This document shows, piece after piece, positions 7,921-16,398 of a DNA stretch of 24,735 bases. Source of the DNA: a virus (lineage: Duplodnaviria > Caudoviricetes). The notes beneath the pieces were generated by a model that was not told the DNA's origin, ran no database searches, and was given only the letters and a program-made list of their open reading frames with translations. Made by a program: the position numbers and the translations under genes. How positions within the stretch are numbered: the stretch's first letter is position 1; each line of letters starts with the position of its first letter. The stretch is taken from the IMG/VR virus record IMGVR_UViG_3300020402_000154, positions 1 through 24,735 of that record; one strand, 5' to 3'.

Positions 7921-10055
7921 TATCTTCTTCCATCTGGTTGTATGTCTAATCTAAATCCACCAAGTTTCCAGTTTTGAGATGCAGCCGTATTTGCTATCTT
8001 CAAGGACACAGCTCTAGCTCTAGCTCTTGTGTCTACTTTAGTTGTTGATGACGTTACAGTAAACGGACCAAGTGCTGAACTTGATTGTGAATCATTAGAG
8101 TAGTTTCTTAATTGTAATGTAATTTGTGTGTTACCAGTTTGAGATACAAAGTCTGGTATAAATCTTCTTATCTTTGCAAAAAACTCACCGTCACCACCTT
8201 GACTAATATCAAAGTCTCCAGACTCTATGTTAGAAGTTATTGCTGTTGTAGCCGTGGTTGTTACTTGATCTGTGCCAGTCTCATGCTCGTAATAGATTGT
8301 GCAACCATCAGTGTTGCCAACAACATCATAAGAGTTGTTAGAGTCAGCGTCGTAGTCTGTAGCATGTGGTTTACCAAATACAGCAGAGTCTTGCCATGTT
8401 GTTCTGTCTAATGTGCTTGTAGTCCAAACAGGTCTTTGAGGGGTAGATTCAATGTAATTATAAGTTACACATTTATCAATGACTGTTGCACCAGAAGAAC
8501 AGTAGAACCAATTAATCTCACCAAACAAGTTATTAATTCCAGCGTTGATAAGTTGGTTGGCTGTTGTATTTAAATCGTTATAAACAAAATCTTCTACTAA
8601 ACATGGTAGTGATTGTAAGGCACCGGCATATTTAAAGAAACCATTCTCTGAAAACCAATATGCAGCGCCATCTACTTCTACCGCAGCGTTTTGACCTATT
8701 AATCCACAGTTAGTACCTACCTGTGCGAAACCAAATGTAAATGGTGGACCAATAAAACGCATAGTGAATAAGGCAGTGTCAGTCCAGATGTAAATCGCAT
8801 CTCGACCTCTAACCGATCCCATAATTCTGGATCCATCTGCAAGTCTCTGTGTACCAGCAGTATTGGTAGCTGTTGGTGTGTAAGTATTAATATCTTCTTG
8901 ATTAGAAAATCTTATAAACATTTCATCTTGTGTGCTTTGATCACCTATCGTTGTTTCTGTTCCAAAGAAAACTAAGTGTCGATCTGGTGTAGATACAATC
9001 ATGTCTCTTGATGCGGTTGGCGCACCAGAAATAATTGTAGCTCTTGTTGCTGTTGCGTTTGATGCATTTGAGTTCCACTCAAAAACTTGTCCGTTATGTA
9101 TTAAAGCGATAATTTTATCACCAAAGTTATCGATAGACCAAAGACCTGGATCAATTACCAAGTCACCTGATGCAGCTTCACCCCACGCCACAAAGTCAGA
9201 ACTGTTTGTAACTGTTGCACCGTCAGAGTGTGATGCAGCTGTTGTGCCTCTCGCTCCTCGCGTCACGCCTGTTAGTGTGCTGCCTGAGATTCCAGTATAA
9301 GATATTTCTTCTGATCCTATCTGTATGTGATTTGTACCCGTCGATGGAAAGTTAATGACGCTTGTTAAAACTATCGTTGTTGTGGAATCATTGATTGCTC
9401 CATTTAAAGTTGTAGTAAGTGCGTTGGCTACTGTACCACCGAACGTAGCTAGACCCCAACCAAACCCTGGTAGCTGTTCTGCTGGTCCTACAGGATAGTA
9501 GGTTTGAACTCTAATACCACCGGATGTTGTAGCACCTGATCCTGTCTCGTTAGACGGCATGGTAATTGTTATTGTTAAGTTTGTTGGCGCAGAAGTCACC
9601 ATAAATTTATTGTCATCAAAATCTGATGCTGAGTAATTAGAATTTGTAATTGCTGTAAAGTTATCTAATAAGATTATGTCACCAGCGCTAAGACCATGTC
9701 CTGAAGAAAACGTTATAGTTACGATTGCAGATCCGTTAGTTGTGCTGAATGCATTAGTAAGTGTTGTCGTAGATTTAATTGGATGTATGTCATAGAACAC
9801 ACCACCTGAATAAGCATACAATATTCTGTTTGTGCCTATGATTGAAAACTTTTGACCACTTCTATTTACAATATGATGCATAGCTCTAGCTGCACCTGTT
9901 ATTTTATTATTACCTAGTTGCTGCCAGCCACCTATTTTTTCAGGTGTGCCGTATCTAAATCTAACATTATCACCATCAACCCATTGGCCTTCCGCCTGAG
10001 TGTCTGTAAGTTGTTTATTAAAGCCTGGTAAGAACTGTACTTTTTGTAATGCCAT
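7920..10055 (-). CDS. Putative tail nozzle / tail tubular protein B-like (P22 gp10 / T7 gp12-type) protein (711 aa)
   Basis: Beta-propeller-like Trp/Asp/aromatic pattern, N-terminal WVDGDNVRFRYG.PEKIGGW, IRFSNQED motif, C-terminal RLDIQPDGRR; size and position fit a podoviral nozzle. Confidence 0.65.
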   Translation of the reverse strand: MALQKVQFLPGFNKQLTDTQAEGQWVDGDNVRFRYGTPEKIGGWQQLGNNKITGAARAMHHIVNRSGQKFSIIGTNRILYAYSGGVFYDIHPIKSTTTLTNAFSTTNGSAIVTITFSSGHGLSAGDIILLDNFTAITNSNYSASDFDDNKFMVTSAPTNLTITITMPSNETGSGATTSGGIRVQTYYPVGPAEQLPGFGWGLATFGGTVANALTTTLNGAINDSTTTIVLTSVINFPSTGTNHIQIGSEEISYTGISGSTLTGVTRGARGTTAASHSDGATVTNSSDFVAWGEAASGDLVIDPGLWSIDNFGDKIIALIHNGQVFEWNSNASNATATRATIISGAPTASRDMIVSTPDRHLVFFGTETTIGDQSTQDEMFIRFSNQEDINTYTPTATNTAGTQRLADGSRIMGSVRGRDAIYIWTDTALFTMRFIGPPFTFGFAQVGTNCGLIGQNAAVEVDGAAYWFSENGFFKYAGALQSLPCLVEDFVYNDLNTTANQLINAGINNLFGEINWFYCSSGATVIDKCVTYNYIESTPQRPVWTTSTLDRTTWQDSAVFGKPHATDYDADSNNSYDVVGNTDGCTIYYEHETGTDQVTTTATTAITSNIESGDFDISQGGDGEFFAKIRRFIPDFVSQTGNTQITLQLRNYSNDSQSSSALGPFTVTSSTTKVDTRARARAVSLKIANTAASQNWKLGGFRLDIQPDGRR

Positions 10056-10069
10056 AATGAACCATTATA

Positions 10070-10399
10070 CTAATTTTTGGCTAAAAATATAGTCCATTCT
10101 AGCTTGGGAATCAAATCATTTAGGCTAATACGTTTTATCTTATTTTTCTTTATAAATGGAGTCAATTCTTCTAGGTCTAAAATTATCCATTGGTCTTTCA
10201 TTTCTAAAACCATCTTATCTGCTTTTGTATCTATTCGTCCGCTTTGAGCAGGTGTGCCATCAGATAATTCAAACATATCTCTAACATCAAATTTGTAAAA
10301 AGCATTTTGACTTTTTAAAATACCTGCAATATTCCAAGAACATTTTTCTTTTGGATATTCTACAGCTGTAAGATATTCAGAAAATTTTTTAACGATCAT
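10070..10399 (-). CDS. Hypothetical phage protein (109 aa)
   Basis: ATGA-coupled ORF closing the oxygenase array; has no HxD/H...H motif. Confidence 0.7.
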   Translation of the reverse strand: MIVKKFSEYLTAVEYPKEKCSWNIAGILKSQNAFYKFDVRDMFELSDGTPAQSGRIDTKADKMVLEMKDQWIILDLEELTPFIKKNKIKRISLNDLIPKLEWTIFLAKN

Positions 10400-10914
10400 T
10401 TAAATGTATATACCACAACTCTCCTAACACTGTTAATAGGAAAGTAATGATAGTGAAGAACACTGTCAAAAGAAATGGCCTTAAATTCTTCAGGTCTTAC
10501 TATTTTAAAAGGCCTGCTTTTTTTATCTAGAATAACAGTCTCTCCCGAAGAGTTATTTAAATACAATAATAATTGCTTATGTTTATAGTCATGATCTACA
10601 TGCGCAGGCACTCTATCTATTTTTCCATTATTAAAAGTTATGTTAATTGCACATCTAAATATCTCCTTTATTTTAAACTTTTGTTCTTTAGCAAAATTAT
10701 AGAGTATGTCTTCAAACCACTTTTGATTAGGATTTTGATTATAGTAACCCTTATCTTTATTAATTATATGATGTATAAAATGATGACCTCCATCACCAAC
10801 CTCCGCTGCATTTGGCGCCCAATACCAGGGTGTATTAGATTCTTTAGAACAAAACCAATTTAAAAAGTTTTTTTGTTCATCTGATAAAAATGTTTTGCTT
10901 TCTTTATAAAACAT
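10396..10914 (-). CDS. Fe(II)/2OG-dependent dioxygenase-fold protein (no. 12 of array)
   Basis: HVD...LLLYLN..GET...HYH...RRVVVY: HxD...H triad plus distal Arg. Confidence 0.8.
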   Translation of the reverse strand: MFYKESKTFLSDEQKNFLNWFCSKESNTPWYWAPNAAEVGDGGHHFIHHIINKDKGYYNQNPNQKWFEDILYNFAKEQKFKIKEIFRCAINITFNNGKIDRVPAHVDHDYKHKQLLLYLNNSSGETVILDKKSRPFKIVRPEEFKAISFDSVLHYHYFPINSVRRVVVYTFK

Positions 10915-11447
10915 TATTTTTTATTAAATATTAATGTTAAAGTAAATCTGTAACTTGGCCCTGTTATGTTCTGTGCTCTAATCGTATGTGGTATTGATCC
11001 ATCAAAAACAACAAGCTTGTTTGGTTCATACAATGATGTTTGTATTACTTCCGTTTTTGTTTGATTAAAAAATAAAGTCTCTCCCGCCCAGTCTTTTTGC
11101 CAAGTTGGATTTATATAATATACACAAGCAAATTGATCGGAATGTGTGTGAATAAAATTAGGGTCACAGGGTTTAGTTAGATTTACTACAACGAAAGCTA
11201 AATTATCTATTTTACAAAATTTTTTAAAACAAGTCTTATTAATATATTTTTTAAAAGATTTCAAAATACCAAGCTCCTCTACAGCATTTTTATTCCAATG
11301 ACTTCCTAGACAAGGTTGTGTTCTTTTTTCAGGCTCTGCAGTATCGGCCCAACCGATTGTATAATTAGAATTTAAAGCTGCATCGTAAAGTCTATCTTGA
11401 AAGCCTGCTTTAAAAGCATTTGTAAATTTAAAAATTTTATTTTCCAT
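10914..11447 (-). CDS. Fe(II)/2OG-dependent dioxygenase, prolyl-hydroxylase-like (no. 11)
   Basis: IHTHSD...VYYIN..W...WAGET...NKLVVFDGSIPH.IR...RFT; ATG at 11447 preferred to TTG at 11450. Confidence 0.85.
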   Translation of the reverse strand: MENKIFKFTNAFKAGFQDRLYDAALNSNYTIGWADTAEPEKRTQPCLGSHWNKNAVEELGILKSFKKYINKTCFKKFCKIDNLAFVVVNLTKPCDPNFIHTHSDQFACVYYINPTWQKDWAGETLFFNQTKTEVIQTSLYEPNKLVVFDGSIPHTIRAQNITGPSYRFTLTLIFNKK

Positions 11448-11931
11448 CAAAAAAATTAAAGTTGATTACAAACCTGCCTTGTCTCGGGTCTGTATGTCTT
11501 ACGACAGAATGTGGAGTATTCGCAGGCATGATTAACATTCTATTTGCTTTTGATTTAATAATCTTTTTTCCCACCTTAGTGCCTCCGTCATTTGTGTTTA
11601 AATAAAATACAGCAGTGCTTGCATGTTTATAAGTGTAGTCTGTGTGCGTTTCTTCTTCTTTAACACAAGGAAAAGTTAAATTAGCTTTCACTCTAACTAA
11701 ACCAACAGCATGTAGTTTTCTTAAGATTGGATCTATAATATCCATTCTATCTGTATTTACTCTAGTTTTATTTCCATCATCTATTGTATAAAAAACGTGA
11801 GTTAGTTGAGACACACCATCCCAACTATAGCTTGAACTTTTTTGATAAAACCAAGGAAAGTTTGGACTCATCATAATATCTTTAATTGCATTAAAGTTTC
11901 TCTTATCTAAAAAATTATCTATTACTTTCAT
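11437..11931 (-). CDS. Fe(II)/2OG-dependent dioxygenase-fold protein (no. 10)
   Basis: RVKANL...HTD...FYLNTNDGGT...NRMLI...PHS...RFVINFN. Confidence 0.85.
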   Translation of the reverse strand: MKVIDNFLDKRNFNAIKDIMMSPNFPWFYQKSSSYSWDGVSQLTHVFYTIDDGNKTRVNTDRMDIIDPILRKLHAVGLVRVKANLTFPCVKEEETHTDYTYKHASTAVFYLNTNDGGTKVGKKIIKSKANRMLIMPANTPHSVVRHTDPRQGRFVINFNFFDGK

Positions 11932-12448
11932 TTACAAACCTAAATTTAATATTACCTGCTATCGTTTCATTATTAGAATTTTTATGTACACCATGCTTTA
12001 CAAAACTTGGAAAAATTACCATCTGATTATTTCTACATTCTAATTTATACATTGATTCGAATATATTACCTACATTAAAAGATGCAATGAGATCTCTGTA
12101 CGGAGATAAAAAATAAGTTTCGCTTTCCTTTACATTCTTGTAGATAATAAAACTAAAAGTAGAAAAAGGATGTATGTGAGGCTCTTGGTAATCATCTTTG
12201 TTATATTTATTAGTCCATATATTTGTTAAACCTATTTCGTAATTTCTGTACTTTCTATCTAAAGATTTTACTATACAATCCATTAAATATTTTAGTGAAC
12301 TTTCTGTAAGTGTGTTTTTATGAGCGAAAGATGATACCGTTTTACTAATCCAATCTTTTGTAACCGTAATTTTTTGTTCTTTAAATTTAATTTTTTTAGC
12401 ATCTATGTTGGATACAAATATTGGTGTTTCAAATAAATTACTTATCAT
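11915..12448 (-). CDS. TIGR02466-like / 2OG-FeII_Oxy_5-like oxygenase (no. 9)
   Basis: N-terminal LFETPI, W.N.Y....YQEPHIH...FSFIIY...IFPSFVKHGV...TIAGN (HxH...H type). Confidence 0.82.
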   Translation of the reverse strand: MISNLFETPIFVSNIDAKKIKFKEQKITVTKDWISKTVSSFAHKNTLTESSLKYLMDCIVKSLDRKYRNYEIGLTNIWTNKYNKDDYQEPHIHPFSTFSFIIYKNVKESETYFLSPYRDLIASFNVGNIFESMYKLECRNNQMVIFPSFVKHGVHKNSNNETIAGNIKFRFVNESNR

Positions 12449-12449
12449 A

Positions 12450-12944
12450 TTAAAAATAGTTTATGTTTATAGTGCATCTTAAATTTTGATCAGTGCATGT
12501 TGTGCTGTGATGTTCATAGTAAGAATTAAAATGCAATACTCTGTTTGCTTTGCTTTCAACTTTCATATCTTCGTTTTTTAAATATGTGTATCCATCATTG
12601 TCGTTCACAAAAAACAAAGCGCTTTTACATTTAAAGTCTTGATCGGTGTGTAACCCATGTCTGACTATCTTGTGTGTTCTAGGATAAAAGTTAACCTTAA
12701 TTCTTACTAAAGCTTTCACTTTTAAATAATTTAAAATTGGAGCAATAGTTTCACCAAGATCACTAAGCCATCCTTTCGGGTAAGTATAAATATCATGAAT
12801 GTGATAATAACATCCTAAAGAACCATCCTCCGCAAAAGCGACTTCGTTAGCATAAAACATGGGCACACCATGACTACTAAGTAATCTATCTTGTATTTTT
12901 TTAAGTTCTCTAGTATTTAAAACGTTATCTTTTATTCTAATCAT
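12450..12944 (-). CDS. Fe(II)/2OG-dependent dioxygenase-fold protein (no. 8)
   Basis: RIKVNFYPRT...HTD...FFVNDNDGYT...NRVLHF...EHHSTTCTD...R.TININY; ATG at 12944 (MIRIKDN) avoids the overlap implied by the track's 12965 start. Confidence 0.85.
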   Translation of the reverse strand: MIRIKDNVLNTRELKKIQDRLLSSHGVPMFYANEVAFAEDGSLGCYYHIHDIYTYPKGWLSDLGETIAPILNYLKVKALVRIKVNFYPRTHKIVRHGLHTDQDFKCKSALFFVNDNDGYTYLKNEDMKVESKANRVLHFNSYYEHHSTTCTDQNLRCTININYF

Positions 12945-12945
12945 G

Positions 12946-13488
12946 TTAATCAAAAAATAATACAATTACGTATCTAGTATCAAAAGTAAAATCGTGCATG
13001 GCTGCGTGATGCCTGTTTCCATTATATACAACTAATCTGTTTGGATAAGCTCCTATTTGTATGTCTGGATATTTATCCCAACTGTTTTCAAAAAAAGCAG
13101 TGCCTCCATCCACTGTTTGATCGAAACAAAAAACTCCTGCGTAGCCATGAGCATCTTTGTGTGTAAGTCCATACTTTGTGTTTGTTTTTGATTTTAACAA
13201 TTCACTAGTTAATATCTTACGCACAACAACAAATAATTTTTTTGGCTCTCTATCGAACGCCTTAGTTAGTGCTTTTAAAAATATAGAATAAAAAGTTTTA
13301 TCCTCTGCTTCGTAACAAGGATAGGCTTGATATCTATTACCATAGAAAGTATTTTCTGGCTGGTAAGTTTCTTTGTACTTTAATTTTGTAATATTCTTTT
13401 TTACATAATTAAAATCTTTGTTATTTAAAAAATTTGGTTTTATGTAGAAACCACCATCTTTTAAATCTGATAAGTAAAATTTTGTCAT
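12946..13488 (-). CDS. Fe(II)/2OG dioxygenase-fold protein, DUF6445-like (no. 7)
   Basis: HKD...YAGVF...GGTAFF...NRLVVYNGNRHH...R; ATG at 13488 gives TGATG coupling. Confidence 0.8.
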   Translation of the reverse strand: MTKFYLSDLKDGGFYIKPNFLNNKDFNYVKKNITKLKYKETYQPENTFYGNRYQAYPCYEAEDKTFYSIFLKALTKAFDREPKKLFVVVRKILTSELLKSKTNTKYGLTHKDAHGYAGVFCFDQTVDGGTAFFENSWDKYPDIQIGAYPNRLVVYNGNRHHAAMHDFTFDTRYVIVLFFD

Positions 13489-14015
13489 CACATTTTTAAG
13501 AAACAGTTAAGTGTTAATCTACCGTCTTCTATATCCTTTCCATGATTATTTAATGACCTATGCCACAAGTTAGCGTTAAATAAAAACGCTCTGTTTTGAA
13601 CAAAACCCACCGTTGTTGTTGGTTGTTTATTTTCGTCGTAGAGCACAGTGCCAGAACTTAAATTTGTTTTTGAAAGATAAATCATCAGTGTGTGAGTTGT
13701 TCCATCACCAGAATCTTTATGAACCCAGTCATCTTTATCATCTTTATCTAATCTTAAATTAACGGTTGCATCACAATATACAGTGCCTTGTCCCATTCTA
13801 AATTTTGTAAAAAACTCTTTCAATATTAAGTTATAAAGAAAAGGATTATGATCTATCAAAGCTTGGCTTCTCTTACCTGGCCATGCTTCATAATCCATTT
13901 TTGATTTTTTAAATTTCTTGTTGTATTCGGGTAAAGAATATAAAGGTATCTCTTTAAATTTATTTTCAATAAATCTAAAATTATCAAAAAAATTATCTAC
14001 TATTATAGCGTCCAT
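13488..14015 (-). CDS. Fe(II)/2OG dioxygenase-fold protein, DUF6445-like (no. 6)
   Basis: IIVDNFF...WPGKRS...WVHKD...IYLS....SGT...NRAFLF...WHRS...RLTLNCF. Confidence 0.85.
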   Translation of the reverse strand: MDAIIVDNFFDNFRFIENKFKEIPLYSLPEYNKKFKKSKMDYEAWPGKRSQALIDHNPFLYNLILKEFFTKFRMGQGTVYCDATVNLRLDKDDKDDWVHKDSGDGTTHTLMIYLSKTNLSSGTVLYDENKQPTTTVGFVQNRAFLFNANLWHRSLNNHGKDIEDGRLTLNCFLKM

Positions 14016-14576
14016 CTATCTCCATTTTGGTCCACCTACAAATATTGCTAGCGTCCTTCTTTCTCCTTTTGTAACGGGTTCTACTTTATGAAAAACCCAT
14101 GGTCTTAGCACAATCATATTACCAGGTTCATTAAATAAATCTACCTTATGTTCTTCACCATTAAAAAAATATTTAAAATCTCCTCCCTCATATTTCTTTT
14201 GCGAAACATTTATTAAGATAGTGCTTTTAATATCCCAGTTACATGTAATATCTTGAGCATCAACGTGATAACCATAATCCGATTTATCCTTATGATCGTA
14301 TACATTTAAATTAATAAAAACATTGTCGTTCATTTCAAATGTATCAAAACCAAAATCACGATTGATATGATACAAGGCTCCTTGATAACAGCCATGTAAA
14401 TATTTTTTTATTTTACCCCAAGTAATTTGATATACTTTGACATTTTTTAAAAGCTTTCCATCTAAAGTTTTAGCACCTTCAGTATCAACATCGGTTCTAT
14501 CATAACTAGATTCTATATGATTGTTTATCTCTTTAATTTGTTTGTTATTTAATTTATTTTTAAAAAGTATAATCAT
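14016..14576 (-). CDS. Fe(II)/2OG dioxygenase, prolyl 4-hydroxylase/PKHD-like (no. 5)
   Basis: YGYHVD...K....IN.S...YEGGDF...HKVEPVTKGERRTL...GPKWR. Confidence 0.9.
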   Translation of the reverse strand: MIILFKNKLNNKQIKEINNHIESSYDRTDVDTEGAKTLDGKLLKNVKVYQITWGKIKKYLHGCYQGALYHINRDFGFDTFEMNDNVFINLNVYDHKDKSDYGYHVDAQDITCNWDIKSTILINVSQKKYEGGDFKYFFNGEEHKVDLFNEPGNMIVLRPWVFHKVEPVTKGERRTLAIFVGGPKWR

Positions 14577-15139
14577 ATTAAACTCACATTAAATGCTACA
14601 CTAATCCTGTCCTGACTTGATCTACTTGGCTCAACTAAATGTACTAAGGTGGAGGGAAACAGTATAAGTTTATTATCCTCTGGAGTTATTCTATAATTAA
14701 TCCAACCTAACGGATCATCTATGTACTTATATAGATTTGTAGGATCTGAATTCTCTGGACTATTTAGAAACAACACATCACCAGAATTCTTTTGTGCTTT
14801 AATGTACCATATTCCAGAAAACTGAACTGTGGGTCCAACGTGATTATGTGGCATATTATAATCTGCTACAAAGTTTTGATTTACCCAACAACTTTGAATT
14901 ACAATTTTAAAGTCTTTAACTTTTTTAAATTGTGAAATATATTTGTGTAAAGGTTCTTTCCAACAATCTTTTATTTTAAATGGGTTTACAATTTCAGTTT
15001 GAACTCCGCCTATATTTGAAACCACACCTGTGTGTCCTAAACTTTTACATTTTTCTAAATGTTTAATAAAAATATTTTTATACTTTTTACTTTCGTACGG
15101 TGTTATGTATATGGGCGTTCGATGTATATCTATATTCAT
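14573..15139 (-). CDS. TIGR02466-like / 2OG-FeII_Oxy_5-like oxygenase (no. 4)
   Basis: SNIGG.Q...WVNQN...YNMPHNH...FSGIWYI...LILFPSTLVHLVEP...RISVAFN. Confidence 0.9.
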   Translation of the reverse strand: MNIDIHRTPIYITPYESKKYKNIFIKHLEKCKSLGHTGVVSNIGGVQTEIVNPFKIKDCWKEPLHKYISQFKKVKDFKIVIQSCWVNQNFVADYNMPHNHVGPTVQFSGIWYIKAQKNSGDVLFLNSPENSDPTNLYKYIDDPLGWINYRITPEDNKLILFPSTLVHLVEPSRSSQDRISVAFNVSLI

Positions 15140-15780
15140 TTTATCTTTATATAATTTTTATTTACTTGATATGTTGATAAATCAAAAGCTACAGATATTC
15201 TTTCTTGAGTATCGATTTGTTTATCTGTGCAATGAGGTATACATGTTTGAAACAAAGTTAATTTTCCAACTTCATTTAAACTTTCATATTTTATAGGTTC
15301 ATTGATTTGATTTTGTGGATTAACATATATTGTTTTTGTGTCTTGACATTGAACCATTAGATTACCACTAAGATAAGTATCTGGACTAGTTCCGTGTATA
15401 TGTAGTTTTATTTTTTCTCCTTTACGCATAACATTAAACCAAGATTGAATCCAAAGTTCTTTTGGTATTTTAATTTTATAATATTTTAAAAACATCTCGT
15501 GTGCTTTTATTACTGCTTGTTTTATTTTATTTATCTCCTTATTTTTAAACGTAAAAATATTAAAACTATTAAATCTTGCTGTAACACTTTTTTTACCTAA
15601 TCCTGTATATCCATCATTTATGACAGAGGTATTCTTTATTATTTGTTTTTCTTTTTTCAAAAGATATCTACTTAAAGATTTAAAATTAATTTCTTTTAAA
15701 ACTTGTTCTGCCAACGTATATTCCCACTCAGGAGCGAAAGGTGTCTCTCTTGGTTCACTCTTAAAAAGTATGAATTGCAT
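15136..15780 (-). CDS. TIGR02466-like oxygenase (no. 3)
   Basis: WFNVMRKGEKIKLHIH...YLSGN...G.LTLF...IPH.TD...RISVAFD. Confidence 0.85.
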   Translation of the reverse strand: MQFILFKSEPRETPFAPEWEYTLAEQVLKEINFKSLSRYLLKKEKQIIKNTSVINDGYTGLGKKSVTARFNSFNIFTFKNKEINKIKQAVIKAHEMFLKYYKIKIPKELWIQSWFNVMRKGEKIKLHIHGTSPDTYLSGNLMVQCQDTKTIYVNPQNQINEPIKYESLNEVGKLTLFQTCIPHCTDKQIDTQERISVAFDLSTYQVNKNYIKIK

Positions 15781-16398
15781 CTACTTTATTACAGATCTAG
15801 GCAATCCAAACGAAGGTCTTTTATCTCTAAAATGATCGGCATGCTTTCCATTTTTCTTTACATAGTGTAAAAACACTTGACTACATTCTTTCTTTTTAAA
15901 CTCTTCTCTCCAATGTTGTAATTTAGTTCCTTTGTATATTAACATATCACCACATTTTAATTCTACTTTAATTTTTTTATTTTTATCTTTTAAGTATATC
16001 GGCCACATATCTCCACCCATATTAACTGTGCAAGAAATTTCACAGCTTGGTCTATCTTTATGTTTCTTCAACTCAGCTCCCGTTTCATAAATTCTTGCAT
16101 AAGCATAGCAAGGAAGTAGCTTCATTTTTGTTCTTTCCTCCATTAAAGGATGTGCCATAAGAAGTAATGTTTCCATTGCATTATCACCATAAACAGAAAA
16201 ATTACCTGGAGCTTGTGGGTCTTCCCAAGTTCCGAACCAGTTTTTAATATGCACAGATAAAGGTCCAAAGAAATTATCTGTGTTACGTAGAATATGCATT
16301 GCATTTCTTTTAATCTTTAAAGCGTGATTACAAAAATCCATTAACTCTACCGCAAAAGCTTGTCTTATAATTATATAGTCTTTATTTTTTAAACTCAT
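15781..16398 (-). CDS. Fe(II)/2OG dioxygenase-fold protein, HKDRPSCEIS type (no. 2)
   Basis: YARIY..GAELKKHKDRPSCEISCT...WPI...GDMLIYKG..LQHWRE...QVFLHY. Confidence 0.85.
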   Translation of the reverse strand: MSLKNKDYIIIRQAFAVELMDFCNHALKIKRNAMHILRNTDNFFGPLSVHIKNWFGTWEDPQAPGNFSVYGDNAMETLLLMAHPLMEERTKMKLLPCYAYARIYETGAELKKHKDRPSCEISCTVNMGGDMWPIYLKDKNKKIKVELKCGDMLIYKGTKLQHWREEFKKKECSQVFLHYVKKNGKHADHFRDKRPSFGLPRSVIK

